Notes: a model not told the origin generated them from the sequence alone. A stretch of DNA of 64,000 nt from Desulfobacterales bacterium (GCA_963674755.2 CAXXVS010000002.1:384001-448000), one strand, 5' to 3'. Positions 1-11,334 are shown, numbered from the stretch's first letter. Program-made: numbers and translations.

Positions 1-5
1 GCGAA

Positions 6-575
6 GTGGAGCGCAACACCAAGGAAACCCGTATAAAGGTGCGCTTAGGCCTTGACGGTCAGGGAAAGGCCGATATTGCCACCGGCATCCCTTTTCTGGA
101 TCACATGCTGACCCTGACGGCAGCCCATGGTTTTCTGGATATGGCGATCAGTGCCCAGGGCGATCTCAAGGTGGACTTCCATCACACGGTCGAGGACCTG
201 GGGCTTGTTTTAGGCGAAGCCCTGGATAAGGCCCTGGGGGACCGGGCGGGTATCCGGCGCTTCGGACATGCCGTAACACCCATGGACGACGCCTTGGCAA
301 AAGTCACCATCGATCTCTCCAAAAGACCATACCTCGTTTGCCGGCTGCCCCAGGGAATGCCCCCCGCCGGACAGTTCGCCCCGCATCTGGTGCGGGAATT
401 TTGCCGGGCGCTGGCGATGCGGGGGGGGATGAATCTGCACATCAATGTGGACTATGGTGAAGATCCCCATCATATCATCGAGGCTGTTTTCAAATCCCTG
501 GGACGCGCGTTGTCCCAGGCCGTTGGTGTAGATGCGCGCGTGCGTGGGGCTCGTACCACCAAGGGAATGTACTAA
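6..575 (+). CDS. hisB: Imidazoleglycerol-phosphate dehydratase (N-terminus probably begins just upstream of the window)
   Basis: Motifs TGIPFLDHML, DFHHTVED, PMDDAL and HHIIEAVFK. Confidence 0.96.
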   Translation: MERNTKETRIKVRLGLDGQGKADIATGIPFLDHMLTLTAAHGFLDMAISAQGDLKVDFHHTVEDLGLVLGEALDKALGDRAGIRRFGHAVTPMDDALAKVTIDLSKRPYLVCRLPQGMPPAGQFAPHLVREFCRALAMRGGMNLHINVDYGEDPHHIIEAVFKSLGRALSQAVGVDARVRGARTTKGMY

Positions 576-679
576 GGTTTCCCACCAACCACGACAGCGC
601 GCATTGCCGATTACCGGTTTTCACCTGATATGCCGGCGGTTTCCCAAAGACGATCAACACGCACCTGGAAACGTAGGCC

Positions 680-1360
680 ATGATTTCACGATCCGCCATC
701 CTGCGATGGACCATTTTACTCTTGTGCGGCCTTGGGTTGGGGGGGTGTCGCTCCGGTGGCCCGGTGATCCAACCAAGCGGCGAATTGACCGGAACGGAGC
801 GCGTCTTGGTACTGCCCTTTAAAAACATGGCCTGGTTGTATGGCGAGGGTGTCAATGTGCGCAGCCCGCTCACGGGCAAGGTATTCATGACCGGGCCGAC
901 GGCCGAAGGTGCCGATCGCCTTCTCACGGAAATGCTGGTGGATGCCTTGCGCCGGCAAACCCGTTTCCAGACGGTGCCCTCCAGCGAGGCGCCGGCTGTT
1001 CTGGATGCGCTCCAGTCAAGCCCGGAGGCACAGCGTTCGCCATTGAAGACGCTGGCCCAGACCGGCCGCATGTTGGATGCCGATCTGGTGTTCCAGGGCT
1101 ATGTGTATCGCTTCAAGAATCGGGTAGGCAAAGATTATGCCGCGGAGTCGGCCGCCTCGGTGGCGTTCGACCTTTATCTGGTCGATAGCCGTGCCCAGAA
1201 AGTGGTCTGGTCGGCCTATTTCGACGAAACACAGCAAGCCCTGACAGACGATCTGCTTTTTATGGGAACCTTTTTCCGGCGTGGTGCACGCTGGATTACC
1301 GCCGAAGAAATGGCCTCGGAAGCCATGACGGATATGTTTAAGGGATTTGAACAGCCATGA
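680..1360 (+). CDS. Putative lipoprotein of unknown function
   Basis: Hydrophobic signal peptide ending in lipobox-like LGGC; stop overlaps hisA start (ATGA). Confidence 0.75.
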   Translation: MISRSAILRWTILLLCGLGLGGCRSGGPVIQPSGELTGTERVLVLPFKNMAWLYGEGVNVRSPLTGKVFMTGPTAEGADRLLTEMLVDALRRQTRFQTVPSSEAPAVLDALQSSPEAQRSPLKTLAQTGRMLDADLVFQGYVYRFKNRVGKDYAAESAASVAFDLYLVDSRAQKVVWSAYFDETQQALTDDLLFMGTFFRRGARWITAEEMASEAMTDMFKGFEQP

Positions 1361-2103
1361 TGATCATACCGGCAGTCGATATCAAAGACGGGCGCTGCGT
1401 CCGTCTGTTGCAGGGCGAGATGGATAAGGTAACCGTTTTTTCCGATAATCCGGCCGCCATGGCCCAGCGCTGGGAGGCCATGGGGGCGGAGCTTATCCAC
1501 CTGGTGGATCTCAACGGGGCGGTTGATAAGAAGCCTCGCAACCTGAGTGCGGTCGAGACGATTCTGACCGGTATCCGCGTGCCCGTGCAATTGGGCGGTG
1601 GGATTCGGGATATGGCCACCATCGAAACCTATATCAACAAGGGGGTGGCACGCATCGTCCTGGGCACGGAAGCCATCCGCAACCCGGATCTGGTGGTTCA
1701 GGCCGCCCGGGCTTTCCCGGAATGCATCGTTGTCGGAATCGATGCCCGTAACGGTTATGTGGCCATCGAGGGGTGGACGGAAACCACCGGAACCACAGCG
1801 GTGGATCTGGCCCGCCGTTTTGAGGACATTGGTATTGCCGCCATCAATTTTACCGATATCCATCGGGACGGCATGCAAAGCGGCCCCAACATCGAAGCGA
1901 CCCGCCAGTTGGCGGAAGCCGTCGCTATTCCGGTGGTGGCCTCCGGCGGCGTGTCAACCATCGATGACATCAAAAACCTGCTGCCCCTGGCCTCGGTTGG
2001 GGTGCAGGGGGTCATCACCGGCAAAGCCCTTTACAGCGGCTCGCTGGATCTGCGGGCCGCCATTGCGCTGACGCGCAACACCGAAACCACGCCTCCCCCC
2101 TGA
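1357..2103 (+). CDS. hisA: ProFAR isomerase
   Basis: IIPAVDIKDGRCVRL, QLGGGIR, TDIHRDGM, ASGGV, ITGKALY. Confidence 0.97.
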   Translation: MMIIPAVDIKDGRCVRLLQGEMDKVTVFSDNPAAMAQRWEAMGAELIHLVDLNGAVDKKPRNLSAVETILTGIRVPVQLGGGIRDMATIETYINKGVARIVLGTEAIRNPDLVVQAARAFPECIVVGIDARNGYVAIEGWTETTGTTAVDLARRFEDIGIAAINFTDIHRDGMQSGPNIEATRQLAEAVAIPVVASGGVSTIDDIKNLLPLASVGVQGVITGKALYSGSLDLRAAIALTRNTETTPPP

Positions 2104-2203
2104 CAAAGCCCACCTTACAGCCCTCCCAGCGCTTCATCGGTTGGCATTTCATACCATTTGTCCGTGCAAGGGGATGACCTTGCCCCGAACGGATAAATGG
2201 CGC

Positions 2204-2232
2204 TTGACATAATGTTTCATATGCTCTAACTA
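2204..2232 (+). promoter_or_regulatory. Possible sigma70 promoter for dnaG-rpoD
   Basis: Perfect TTGACA at 2204-2209; weak -10 (TAACTA) 17 bp downstream in an AT-rich intergenic region. Confidence 0.4.
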
Positions 2233-2380
2233 AACGCGTTTAATGGAATTTTGTTTTGACACTGTGGGAATCACGGTGAGCTTAGTGACGTTCAAACAAC
2301 AGCCGGTAAAGCTGCATCCTATCTAATATCCCGCCTTCATTGGTTTATCCACGCGTCTCACCACCGGGAGGAACTGCTGG

Positions 2381-4207
2381 TTGGTCTCGTTTATACCGGA
2401 AGAAAAAATCGCAGAAGTCAGGGATGCCTGTAATATCGTCGATGTGATCGGTGAGACGGTCCTGTTGAAAAAAGCCGGCCGCAACTACACCGGCCTTTGC
2501 CCTTTTCATGCTGAGAAAACGCCTTCCTTCACGGTGAGTCCCGACAAGCAGATGTTTTATTGCTTCGGATGCGGCGAGGGCGGCAATGTCTTCAGTTTTT
2601 TGATGAAACAGCAGGGACTGTCTTTCCCCGAAACCGTCAAGATGCTGGCCGAACGGACTGGAATCCACCTCCCCGCCGACCGTCCGACCCATGCCCAAAA
2701 GCGCCGACGGAGCGAGCGACAGGCGATTCTGGAACTCAACCAGCTCACCATGGGGCTTTACCGGAAAACCCTGCAGCGGGACCCGCGGGGGCGGGTGGCG
2801 CGCGAATACCTGCGGAAACGCGGCTTCAAGCAGGAGGTGATAGAGGCCTTCAACCTCGGGTATGCTCCGGCGGGATGGGATCATTTGGCATGCTACTTCC
2901 AACGGCAGAGCCTGTCCCTGGAACTGGCGGAAAAGGCGGGTTTGGTGGTCCCACGCCGACAGGGTCAGGGGTACTACGACCGTTTCCGGGATCGGATTAT
3001 TTTTCCTATCCTGGACCAGCGCCAGCAGGTGATCGCTTTTGGCGGCCGGGTCCTTGATGATGCCCTGCCCAAATATTTGAATTCACCGGAAACGCCCGTC
3101 TACCACAAAAGCCGCTCGCTTTTCGGTCTGAATCTGGCCCAGTCGCATTGCAGGACAGAAGAACGGGTTTATATTGTTGAAGGTTATTTGGATGTTATGG
3201 CTTTGCATCAAAATGGGGTCAGCAATGCGGTGGGGACGCTGGGAACGTCGCTGACCGCCGAGCATGTGCGCCTGCTGCGGGGGTATATCGGCCAATCCGG
3301 CCATGCGGTCCTGGTATTCGATTCGGACGAGGCCGGGCTCAAGGCGGCCCAGCGCAGCACCGCGGTTTTTGCCCGTGAATTTGTCGAAGCGCGCATTCTC
3401 GTTCTGCCCCCCGGCCATGATCCGGACACGTTCATGATGACCTTCGGCCCCCAGGCCTTCGCTGAAAAAAGCGAGGAAGCCAAAGGCATGGTGCCTTTTT
3501 TAATCGATGCCGCCATCGAGCGTCACGGGTTGAGCATGGAAGGGCGCATCAAGGCGCTGGAGGATGTTGCCGAGCCGATGGCGGCTTTTGAGGATCCGGT
3601 GGCGCGTTCCGTTTATATCAAGTATCTGGCCGAACGGGTCGATATTAACGAAACGGCTGTGTTGGAGAAGATCCGACAGGTGGCGGGCAAGCCCCAAAGA
3701 GGCGCACAAGCCAGCCCCGAGGGGCGAACGGCATCGGCGGCTTCGGCCCCGCTGGCCGTTTCGGAACACCACCGGATCGAACGGCAGTTGGTCGCGATGA
3801 TGCTTCAGTTCCCGGAGATTCTGCCGGAAATTCGTAAGCACAACATCTTACGATTGATTGAGGACCCCGTATTGAGGGTGATCGGTCAGGAGGCGGTGGG
3901 CGAAACGGTACGGAGCGCCAATACACGGGAAGCGAAGGACCGCCGCTTGGCTGCCGATGATATTGACCGTGTCAGAGCACGATTAAGTATTCAAGAGGAA
4001 AGCTGGGAAGTTAAGGGGTGCATCAACCTCATCCGACAATTCAAGGATAGCAAAAGAGCGGCGTCCCTGACCAAATTGGATGAAAAAATTCGCCAGGCGG
4101 AAAAAGATGATGATTCTGAACGCTTAGCGGAGTTGCTGCGCGAGCGACATAATCAAGCGATCGCACACGACAGAGAAAAGGCTATTTACCAGAATAAATC
4201 CGTTTAA
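2381..4207 (+). CDS. dnaG: DNA primase
   Basis: CPFH...CFGC zinc finger, [36 protein letters not shown] motifs. Confidence 0.98.
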   Translation: MVSFIPEEKIAEVRDACNIVDVIGETVLLKKAGRNYTGLCPFHAEKTPSFTVSPDKQMFYCFGCGEGGNVFSFLMKQQGLSFPETVKMLAERTGIHLPADRPTHAQKRRRSERQAILELNQLTMGLYRKTLQRDPRGRVAREYLRKRGFKQEVIEAFNLGYAPAGWDHLACYFQRQSLSLELAEKAGLVVPRRQGQGYYDRFRDRIIFPILDQRQQVIAFGGRVLDDALPKYLNSPETPVYHKSRSLFGLNLAQSHCRTEERVYIVEGYLDVMALHQNGVSNAVGTLGTSLTAEHVRLLRGYIGQSGHAVLVFDSDEAGLKAAQRSTAVFAREFVEARILVLPPGHDPDTFMMTFGPQAFAEKSEEAKGMVPFLIDAAIERHGLSMEGRIKALEDVAEPMAAFEDPVARSVYIKYLAERVDINETAVLEKIRQVAGKPQRGAQASPEGRTASAASAPLAVSEHHRIERQLVAMMLQFPEILPEIRKHNILRLIEDPVLRVIGQEAVGETVRSANTREAKDRRLAADDIDRVRARLSIQEESWEVKGCINLIRQFKDSKRAASLTKLDEKIRQAEKDDDSERLAELLRERHNQAIAHDREKAIYQNKSV

Positions 4208-4293
4208 ACCCGCCGTTCATGGAATTGACGGCGGATATCAGCGGATACGCTTTAGCGTTACATCCATTCCACGCATGCGGGAGGCAATGTTTT

Positions 4294-6543
4294 ATGGCAA
4301 AAAAAGCCGCGGCCAAGGCAGAAGAATCCGCCAAGCAGAAACCCAGGACGGAAGCCAAGACCCAGTCGACAAAGAAGGCGAAGGCGGGGCAGCGCAAAAA
4401 GCCCTCGAAGGCAAAACCGCGAACCACCCAGTCAGCCCAAGAGGATGCCGCTCCCAAAGAGCTGAACAAGACGGCGAGAAAAACAACTTCCCAAAAGCGC
4501 AAAGCGAAAAGCAGCAAGAAAAAATCCGTTGCCGCCTCCCAAAAGACGGACAAAGCCGCCAAGTCGGCAATTTCTGAAGAGAAGGCTGTTCCCCAAAAGG
4601 CGGCTGCTCAAAAGAAGAAGAATGCCAAGAAAGTGAAGGCCCGCCAAACGGAACCCAAAAAGGCAACACCCCGCAAGGGTAAAGCCGCCCCCCCAAAAGT
4701 GGCCAAATCGCAAGCCGCGGCCGCCCCCAAAGCAGAGAAAGCAAAGGCCGCTTCCAAGAAGTCGACGGCCCCCGTCAAGAAGATCTCGGCCGCCCCGCCG
4801 GAGGAAAACGGGAAGGAAGCGGTCATCAAAGCATTAGAAGCGCTGGTGGCGAAGGGTAAATCCCAAGGGTTTCTGACGTACAAGGAAATCAACCAGATTC
4901 TACCCGAAGAATTCATGTCGCCGGACCAGATCGACGATACCCTTATGATGTTTGATGAATATGACATCGAAGTCTTGGACGAAGAAAAGCAGAGCATGAC
5001 GGCCAAGGCCAAGGATGATAAAAATCCCACCCTCCAAGCGGATGATAGCGGGCTAACGGATTTCGGCAGTGTCACGGATCCGGTCAAAATGTATTTGCGC
5101 GAAATGGGTAATGTAACCCTGCTAAGCCGCGAGGGGGAAGTCGAGATTGCCAAAAAAATCGAGGCCGGCGAGCAGGAGGTCCTGCGGGCCCTGCTGGATA
5201 CCACAACGGCCATCGATTGTCTCCTCGAGCTGGGGGAACATATTCAAAACGGTGCCCTGCGCCCTAAGCACGTCCTGCGGGACATCGACGAAGGTGATAA
5301 TTTTGTTGATGAAACGGAGCAGACGGAACGCTTTCTGCAAACCATTCAATCCATTCGTGACATCAACGAAGAAAATGGCGCTTTTCGAGAAAAGCTGCTG
5401 CGATCGGATGCCAAGCCTGACGAACTGCGCCGTATCCGGCGCGCCATCTCCCGCCGGACGCACAAAATTTTTGACCTCCTGAAGGATTGGCGGCTGGAAA
5501 GCAGCGTCATCGAAAAGATGGAAAGCATCATCCGCAATCAGATCGCGTGGTTCGAATCCCGCAACAAGACCCTCACATTGTATGCGGACGTCGTCGATGC
5601 GCCGATCAATGAATTGCGCGGCGAATTGAGCTCCGAAACCCGCTTTGCGAAATGGGCCAAGTTGCGTACCGACCTGACGCTCAATGAGCTCGGACAGATT
5701 TACACGGAGCTGAAGACCGTACAGGATGCTATCGAGGAGAAAGAGCGCCAAATCAACGCCAACAGCCGTATCCTCAAGCGCATTGTCAGCAGTGTCGACG
5801 AGGGCCGCTTCCGGGCCAAACTGGCCAAAAGCGAGTTGACCAAGGCCAATCTCCGTCTGGTGGTCAGCATTGCCAAAAAATATACCAACCGCGGCCTGCA
5901 ATTCCTCGATCTGATCCAGGAAGGCAATATCGGTCTGATGAAGGCGGTCGACAAGTTTGAATACCGCCGCGGCTACAAATTCAGTACTTACGCCACATGG
6001 TGGATCCGTCAGGCCATCACGCGTGCCATCGCCGATCAGGCGCGAACGATCCGCATTCCGGTTCATATGATCGAAACCATCAATAAGTTGATTCGGACTT
6101 CGCGCTATCTGGTGCAGGAGCAGGGACGGGAGCCCTCTCCCGAAGAGATTGCCGATAAAATGGAGATCCCCCTGGAAAAAGTGCGCAAAGTCCTGAAGAT
6201 CGCCCGCGAGCCCATTTCTCTTGAGACCCCCATCGGCGAAGAGGAAGACAGTCATTTGGGCGATTTCATCGAGGACAAAAAATTTATGCTGCCTTCCGAT
6301 GCCGCGGTCAGTCTGAATCTGGCCGAACAAACGCGGAAGGTATTGGCGACCCTGACGCCCAGGGAAGAAAAAGTGCTGCGCATGCGATTCGGAATTGGCG
6401 AAAAAGCGGACCATACATTGGAAGAAGTCGGGCAGGATTTTGCGGTCACCCGCGAGCGGATCCGTCAAATCGAAGCCAAGGCCCTGCGTAAGCTGCGTCA
6501 TCCAACCCGCAGCCGGAAGCTGAAACACTTTATCGAAAGTTGA
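4294..6543 (+). CDS. rpoD: Primary sigma factor RpoD with long Lys/Ala-rich N-terminal extension
   Basis: [58 protein letters not shown] precedes ATG 4294. Confidence 0.98.
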   Translation: MAKKAAAKAEESAKQKPRTEAKTQSTKKAKAGQRKKPSKAKPRTTQSAQEDAAPKELNKTARKTTSQKRKAKSSKKKSVAASQKTDKAAKSAISEEKAVPQKAAAQKKKNAKKVKARQTEPKKATPRKGKAAPPKVAKSQAAAAPKAEKAKAASKKSTAPVKKISAAPPEENGKEAVIKALEALVAKGKSQGFLTYKEINQILPEEFMSPDQIDDTLMMFDEYDIEVLDEEKQSMTAKAKDDKNPTLQADDSGLTDFGSVTDPVKMYLREMGNVTLLSREGEVEIAKKIEAGEQEVLRALLDTTTAIDCLLELGEHIQNGALRPKHVLRDIDEGDNFVDETEQTERFLQTIQSIRDINEENGAFREKLLRSDAKPDELRRIRRAISRRTHKIFDLLKDWRLESSVIEKMESIIRNQIAWFESRNKTLTLYADVVDAPINELRGELSSETRFAKWAKLRTDLTLNELGQIYTELKTVQDAIEEKERQINANSRILKRIVSSVDEGRFRAKLAKSELTKANLRLVVSIAKKYTNRGLQFLDLIQEGNIGLMKAVDKFEYRRGYKFSTYATWWIRQAITRAIADQARTIRIPVHMIETINKLIRTSRYLVQEQGREPSPEEIADKMEIPLEKVRKVLKIAREPISLETPIGEEEDSHLGDFIEDKKFMLPSDAAVSLNLAEQTRKVLATLTPREEKVLRMRFGIGEKADHTLEEVGQDFAVTRERIRQIEAKALRKLRHPTRSRKLKHFIES

Positions 6544-6587
6544 TCCGTGAACCGCTTCTATCCCGGTATGTGAGATCGGCGGATCCC

Positions 6588-6616
6588 TTGACAAAACAAC
6601 CCGGGACGGATAGTAC
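6588..6616 (+). promoter_or_regulatory. Probable sigma70 promoter of the tRNA gene
   Basis: TTGACA (6588-6593), 17 bp, TAGTAC; ends 25 bp before the tRNA. Confidence 0.5.
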
Positions 6617-6640
6617 AGGTGTCGTTTTTAAAGCTGTTGA

Positions 6641-6713
6641 GGGCCCATAGCTCAGCTGGCAGAGCCACCGGCTCATAACCGGTCGGTCCCTGGTTCGATC
6701 CCAGGTGGGCCCA
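6641..6713 (+). tRNA. tRNA with CAT anticodon, most likely tRNA-Ile2 (lysidine); CCA not encoded
   Basis: Acceptor GGGCCCA/TGGGCCC-A, D-arm TAGCTCAGCTGGCAGAGC, anticodon arm ACCGG-CTCATAA-CCGGT, T-loop GGTTCGATCC; position after rpoD is typical of Ile2. Confidence 0.93.
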
Positions 6714-6844
6714 TACATCACGATAATCCGAATCGCCGCAACCAGCTGCAATGGCTTACGCTAGTGGAAACGACAGGAATGGGTGAGAGTAGTCATGCAG
6801 AGAAATTGGGGGCAACCGCATTGCCCCCCCCAAAGGACCCCCAG

Positions 6845-6880
6845 GGGCGTGGTTCACTCAGGAACCACGCCCTTTTTGTT
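6845..6880 (+). terminator. Rho-independent terminator
   Basis: 11-bp stem GGGCGTGGTTC/GAACCACGCCC, 6-nt loop, then TTTTTGTT. Confidence 0.8.
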
Positions 6881-6906
6881 CACGTCAAGCGGAGGGGGGG
6901 CGTTTG

Positions 6907-7710
6907 ATGGGCGCGGCGGTGGAGGATATTCTGGCGGCCGTGGCGGAGGTGGCGCCTTGGCACCTGGCGGAAGATTGGGACAATGTCGGCTTGCAAATGG
7001 GCTCCCGTCTCTGGCCGGTACAGCGGGTCATGACCGCTCTTGATCCAACGTTAGCGGTTGTCCGCGAAGCGATCGATCGTCGGGCCAATGTCCTGGTAAC
7101 CCATCATCCGCTCATTTTCAGCCCCCTGCGAACCCTTGATGTCGATAGCCCGACGGGGCGCATTCTGGAAGCGTTGTTCGAACACCGCCTGGCGGTGATC
7201 GCGGCCCATACCAACCTCGATGCGGTCCTCGGTGGCGTGAATGATGTACTGGCATCACTATTGGGGCTGGACGATAAGGCGATTTTGCAACCGTCGGAAG
7301 GGGATCCCTCCTGCGGGTTGGGACGGATCGGCCGGATCGCATCCCGCAGCAACCTTGGTGAACTTGCCGCTGCCATCAAAAATCGTATGGCGTTGCCGCA
7401 TGTCCGTTTTGCCGGAAGCCCCGAACTTCAGGTCAGCCGCGTGGCGTTATGCTCGGGCAGCGGCTCAAGCTTGATAGGGGCTTTTTTAGCCAGCGACGCG
7501 GAAGTCTTTGTCACCGGGGACGTGCGCTATCACGATGCGCGGGAGATCGAGGCGCACGGCCGGGGGGTGGTGGATGTCGGTCACTTTGAGTCGGAACATA
7601 TCGTTTTAGATGTATTGACCGACCAACTCACGGAGCAGATGATTTCCCGCGGACTGGATGTACCCATAGAGGCCTGTGCGGGCGAGCGCGCTCCGTTTAA
7701 GACAATCTGA
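6907..7710 (+). CDS. Nif3-like dinuclear metal centre hexameric protein (YbgI family)
   Basis: WDNVGLQ, VTHHPLIF, HTNLD, GDVRYH, GHFESE. Confidence 0.93.
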   Translation: MGAAVEDILAAVAEVAPWHLAEDWDNVGLQMGSRLWPVQRVMTALDPTLAVVREAIDRRANVLVTHHPLIFSPLRTLDVDSPTGRILEALFEHRLAVIAAHTNLDAVLGGVNDVLASLLGLDDKAILQPSEGDPSCGLGRIGRIASRSNLGELAAAIKNRMALPHVRFAGSPELQVSRVALCSGSGSSLIGAFLASDAEVFVTGDVRYHDAREIEAHGRGVVDVGHFESEHIVLDVLTDQLTEQMISRGLDVPIEACAGERAPFKTI

Positions 7711-7840
7711 AGTTCGGGCGACGCCCGGCGTTGCCCTGGCGTCAAGCCATTGCGACCAATGGCCGCAGCACCGGTTTTTTTTAAGTCGATGCATGATGAA
7801 AACCTCCAACAAGGACGTATGAAGGAGTGCTTCAAGAATT

Positions 7841-8563
7841 ATGACTGACATGACCCGTGCCCAACTGGAAACACTTTTAAGTTTGCAGGAAATTGAACTG
7901 CAAAAATTGGAAGTTCAAAAGATTCTTGATGCCGTGGCCGCCAAAGTGGACGCCCTGGATCAAGAGCTCAACGATTTTGTGCGGGTCATCGAAAAAGATC
8001 GGGGCGCTTTGTCGGAATTAAAAGAGCGCTACCGCGATTTCGATGAACAGATTCGGGTAAATACCATCCTGATCGATAAGATCGAAGCCAAACGGCGCTC
8101 CGTGAAGACCAATCGGGAATACGAGTCCCTCCTTAAAGAAGAAGAACAGTTGCGTACGCGTAAATCCCAGGTCGAGGAGGAGATGTTGGCCTGTATGACC
8201 GAAATGGAGAGCCTGGAGAAGAAAATCGAGCAACTCGAAGCGGAACATCACCAGCTTGACGAGCAGGTAACCGAAGACAAGCGGGCGGTGAAGGCGGAAG
8301 CATCTGAGAGTGAAACCCGTTTTGTCGATCTTACCCGCGAAGTAGCGGCCGTAGAAGCTGAAATCGCACCCACGGTTTTGAAAACCTTTGTCAAAATAAA
8401 GAAAATGACCCCGGACGGCAAGGCATTGGCACCCGCCCGCAACTCGGTTTGCATGGGCTGCCATATGAACATCCCGCCCCAGATGTTCAACGAGCTGCAG
8501 CGCTTTGACAGCTTGAAATTGTGCCCTTTCTGTAGTAGAATTTTATATTGGGATAAAGCCTAA
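7841..8563 (+). CDS. Coiled-coil protein with C4-type zinc ribbon (CT398/DUF164-like)
   Basis: Long coiled coil, TNREYE, C-terminal CMGC...CPFCSRILY; usual neighbour of nif3 and rnpB. Confidence 0.9.
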   Translation: MTDMTRAQLETLLSLQEIELQKLEVQKILDAVAAKVDALDQELNDFVRVIEKDRGALSELKERYRDFDEQIRVNTILIDKIEAKRRSVKTNREYESLLKEEEQLRTRKSQVEEEMLACMTEMESLEKKIEQLEAEHHQLDEQVTEDKRAVKAEASESETRFVDLTREVAAVEAEIAPTVLKTFVKIKKMTPDGKALAPARNSVCMGCHMNIPPQMFNELQRFDSLKLCPFCSRILYWDKA

Positions 8564-8607
8564 GAAGATCCATCAGAGCCAGCGGCCAGAAGACTTTTTG
8601 TGCGGCC

Positions 8608-9005
<398 letters not shown>

Positions 9006-9089
9006 ATCTCCGTGAATATGAACCATGTGCTGCCAATGGCACCGTACACTGCACATCCGGCAGCCTTCCAAAGCGCATGTAGTGACACT

Positions 9090-10397
9090 ATGAATACGCC
9101 CCCCGAACCAGCGATATCGTTCATCGAGAAGGTACGCATTTTTTCCCATGATTATCTGCGCTGCTGTGAATATATTCGTGCCTCCCAGGGCGAGCGCGCC
9201 TTTTTTACCAAAAAGCTTTACTCCAAACTGATCAGCACAACCCAATTGATGGAAGATTTTCTCGACTTCCACGGAGCGAAGAATAACAACGACTGGTATT
9301 ACTATCGCGAACTCACGGCGACCGTACGCCATCTCAGCCTGGGGGCCTATTCACAGAAGCATATGGCCAACCGCCTGGTATACTATGACTTGCAGGATCC
9401 CAAAGAATTCGAATCGCAGGGCGAGCGTACCCTGAATTTTCTCAATGATTGTCTATGCAAACTGGCACCGGTGATCATCACCGAGGCCCAGCGGCTGAAT
9501 ATCCCGTCTCCAGGGAAAGGATTCGACCCCACGAAGTTTCCAACCATCACTTCCACGGGGCTGCTGGACTACGATATCGATGACGAGAACAAGGATCTGC
9601 AGAAAAAGCATATCGTCAAGATTGCCAGCGAGTTTTTAAATATCTGCCAGAAATTCGACCAGCTCGGCTTCTACGAGCCTTATCCCTTGGATAAAATCCT
9701 GACGATCGTGCCTGATAAGGTCAACGAAGTCGAAATCCGACGGTTTGAAATGCTGGTGCATAATCTGCAGTCCGCCTTCGATTCCTATGTGATTCACGGC
9801 GGCTATCGTTTCGGCAACCGCAAACTCAAGCAATTGCGCAGCCATTTTTCCGTCGTATTCCATCTGATGCAGCTCATCGGCCGCCTGCTTCATTTTTATG
9901 AGCGCCACCTTCACAAAACCAGTTTCAAGAATATCTACCAACAGGTCCAGGAGCGCCTTGCCGGCCTGGTAAACCCTGAAACCCTGCTCGACCGCACCAT
10001 CAATTACGGCCTGTTTTACGCCTGTCATTTTTTGACGACCGGAAAACAACTGGCCCAGGAAATCCTCAACGAAAATATCGAACGTGGTTCCATCACGGTG
10101 GGAATCCCGGTCAAACTGGGTTTTCACAGCCGCCCCAGCCTGCTCGTGGCCAAGATCGTGCAGCATTTCGGGGGGCAGGTGGAATTGTGCATCGGTGCGG
10201 ATCGCTTCGATGCCAGCAGTGTGCTCGATATCCAATGGGCCGGTGGGAAAGTCAACAAGGAAGATATCAGGGAAGTCGTCTTCGAAGGGGATGTGCGCGC
10301 CCTGCGCGACATCGAGATCCTGGCCGGGGTAAATTATGGCGAAGACACCATGGGAAAGGGCGTTCCTCTCCCGAAGGAACTCCTTTATCTGCGCTGA
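9090..10397 (+). CDS. Large protein with C-terminal HPr-like phosphocarrier domain
   Basis: C-terminal GFHSRPSLLVAKIV (His15-like) and DASSVLDI (Ser46-like); about 340-aa unknown N-terminal region; start uncertain (9012 or 9090). Confidence 0.8.
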   Translation: MNTPPEPAISFIEKVRIFSHDYLRCCEYIRASQGERAFFTKKLYSKLISTTQLMEDFLDFHGAKNNNDWYYYRELTATVRHLSLGAYSQKHMANRLVYYDLQDPKEFESQGERTLNFLNDCLCKLAPVIITEAQRLNIPSPGKGFDPTKFPTITSTGLLDYDIDDENKDLQKKHIVKIASEFLNICQKFDQLGFYEPYPLDKILTIVPDKVNEVEIRRFEMLVHNLQSAFDSYVIHGGYRFGNRKLKQLRSHFSVVFHLMQLIGRLLHFYERHLHKTSFKNIYQQVQERLAGLVNPETLLDRTINYGLFYACHFLTTGKQLAQEILNENIERGSITVGIPVKLGFHSRPSLLVAKIVQHFGGQVELCIGADRFDASSVLDIQWAGGKVNKEDIREVVFEGDVRALRDIEILAGVNYGEDTMGKGVPLPKELLYLR

Positions 10398-10482
10398 TAG
10401 CGCCCCCCAGGACCATGGCGCTTTCGACTGGCCGTTTTCCGCTTAGACACGGGCTACTCGTCATTCTTCAATGAGCATACCC

Positions 10483-11187
10483 ATGAACGCTGCCATCATC
10501 GTCGCCGCCGGTCAGGGGTCCCGGATGGGCGGAACGCTCAGCAAACAATACCTGCCTCTGGACGGCGCGCCGATTCTGCGGCGAACGATCGATGCTTTCA
10601 TCGACAGCGCGCTTTTCAACGAGATTATTGCCGTGGTGGCGGCCGATGACATCGATTACTGCCGTGAGCACGTCCTGAAGGGGTTGCCCCCGGCCTTGCC
10701 CCTGCGTCTTGTGGCCGGTGGCCGGGAGCGCCAGGAGAGTGTCTGCAATGGGCTGAAAGCCCTGGGCGGCCGGGACGACGATGCGGTGCTCATCCACGAC
10801 GGTGTGCGGCCCTTTGTTTCGGTTGAAGCCCTGGCACGTTGCCTCGCAACAGTGCAGCTTCACGGTGCCGGCATTCTGGCCGTTCCGGTCCGGGACACCC
10901 TGAAAGTCGCGGATGAAGACGGCTGCATTGCCAAAACGTTTAACCGGGCTGGCACCTGGCAGGCCCAGACGCCCCAGGGGTTTCGTCTGGGATTGATCAG
11001 AGAAGCCCATCGCCGGGCCCGGGAGGAGAATTTTTGCGGCACCGACGATGCCCAGTTGGTGGAACGCCTGGGGCGGCGGGTAATGATCGTGGCGGGCCAA
11101 CGGAGCAACATCAAGATCACCACCCCGGAGGATCTGATTCTGGCGGAAGCCATATGGCGGCATGGTCGAGGTGACGTAAAGACCTAA
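10483..11187 (+). CDS. ispD: 2-C-methyl-D-erythritol 4-phosphate cytidylyltransferase
   Basis: AAGQGSRMG..KQY, GGRERQESV, IHDGVRP, QTPQGF, TDDAQL, NIKITTPEDL. Confidence 0.96.
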   Translation: MNAAIIVAAGQGSRMGGTLSKQYLPLDGAPILRRTIDAFIDSALFNEIIAVVAADDIDYCREHVLKGLPPALPLRLVAGGRERQESVCNGLKALGGRDDDAVLIHDGVRPFVSVEALARCLATVQLHGAGILAVPVRDTLKVADEDGCIAKTFNRAGTWQAQTPQGFRLGLIREAHRRAREENFCGTDDAQLVERLGRRVMIVAGQRSNIKITTPEDLILAEAIWRHGRGDVKT

Positions 11188-11334
11188 GCGAAGCTGTATT
11201 CGTTTTGATCAAACCCTCTACCTCTGATGGAAGCCCCGGAGAGGTTGCAGCGAAAACCTAAAAAGCCGTTTTCAAGCCCCTGCCAAGGGGGCTACCGGAA
11301 GCCTTCTGCTATACGTGCGAAGACTCACTAGTTA

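Noticed and set aside
5122..6594. 490-aa minus-strand ORF
   Set aside because: Antisense shadow of rpoD caused by GC-biased codon usage; no recognisable motifs
6641..6900. tRNA as an integration site for a mobile element
   Set aside because: No integrase and no duplicated tRNA 3' end noticed; the conserved nif3-zinc ribbon-rnpB order continues
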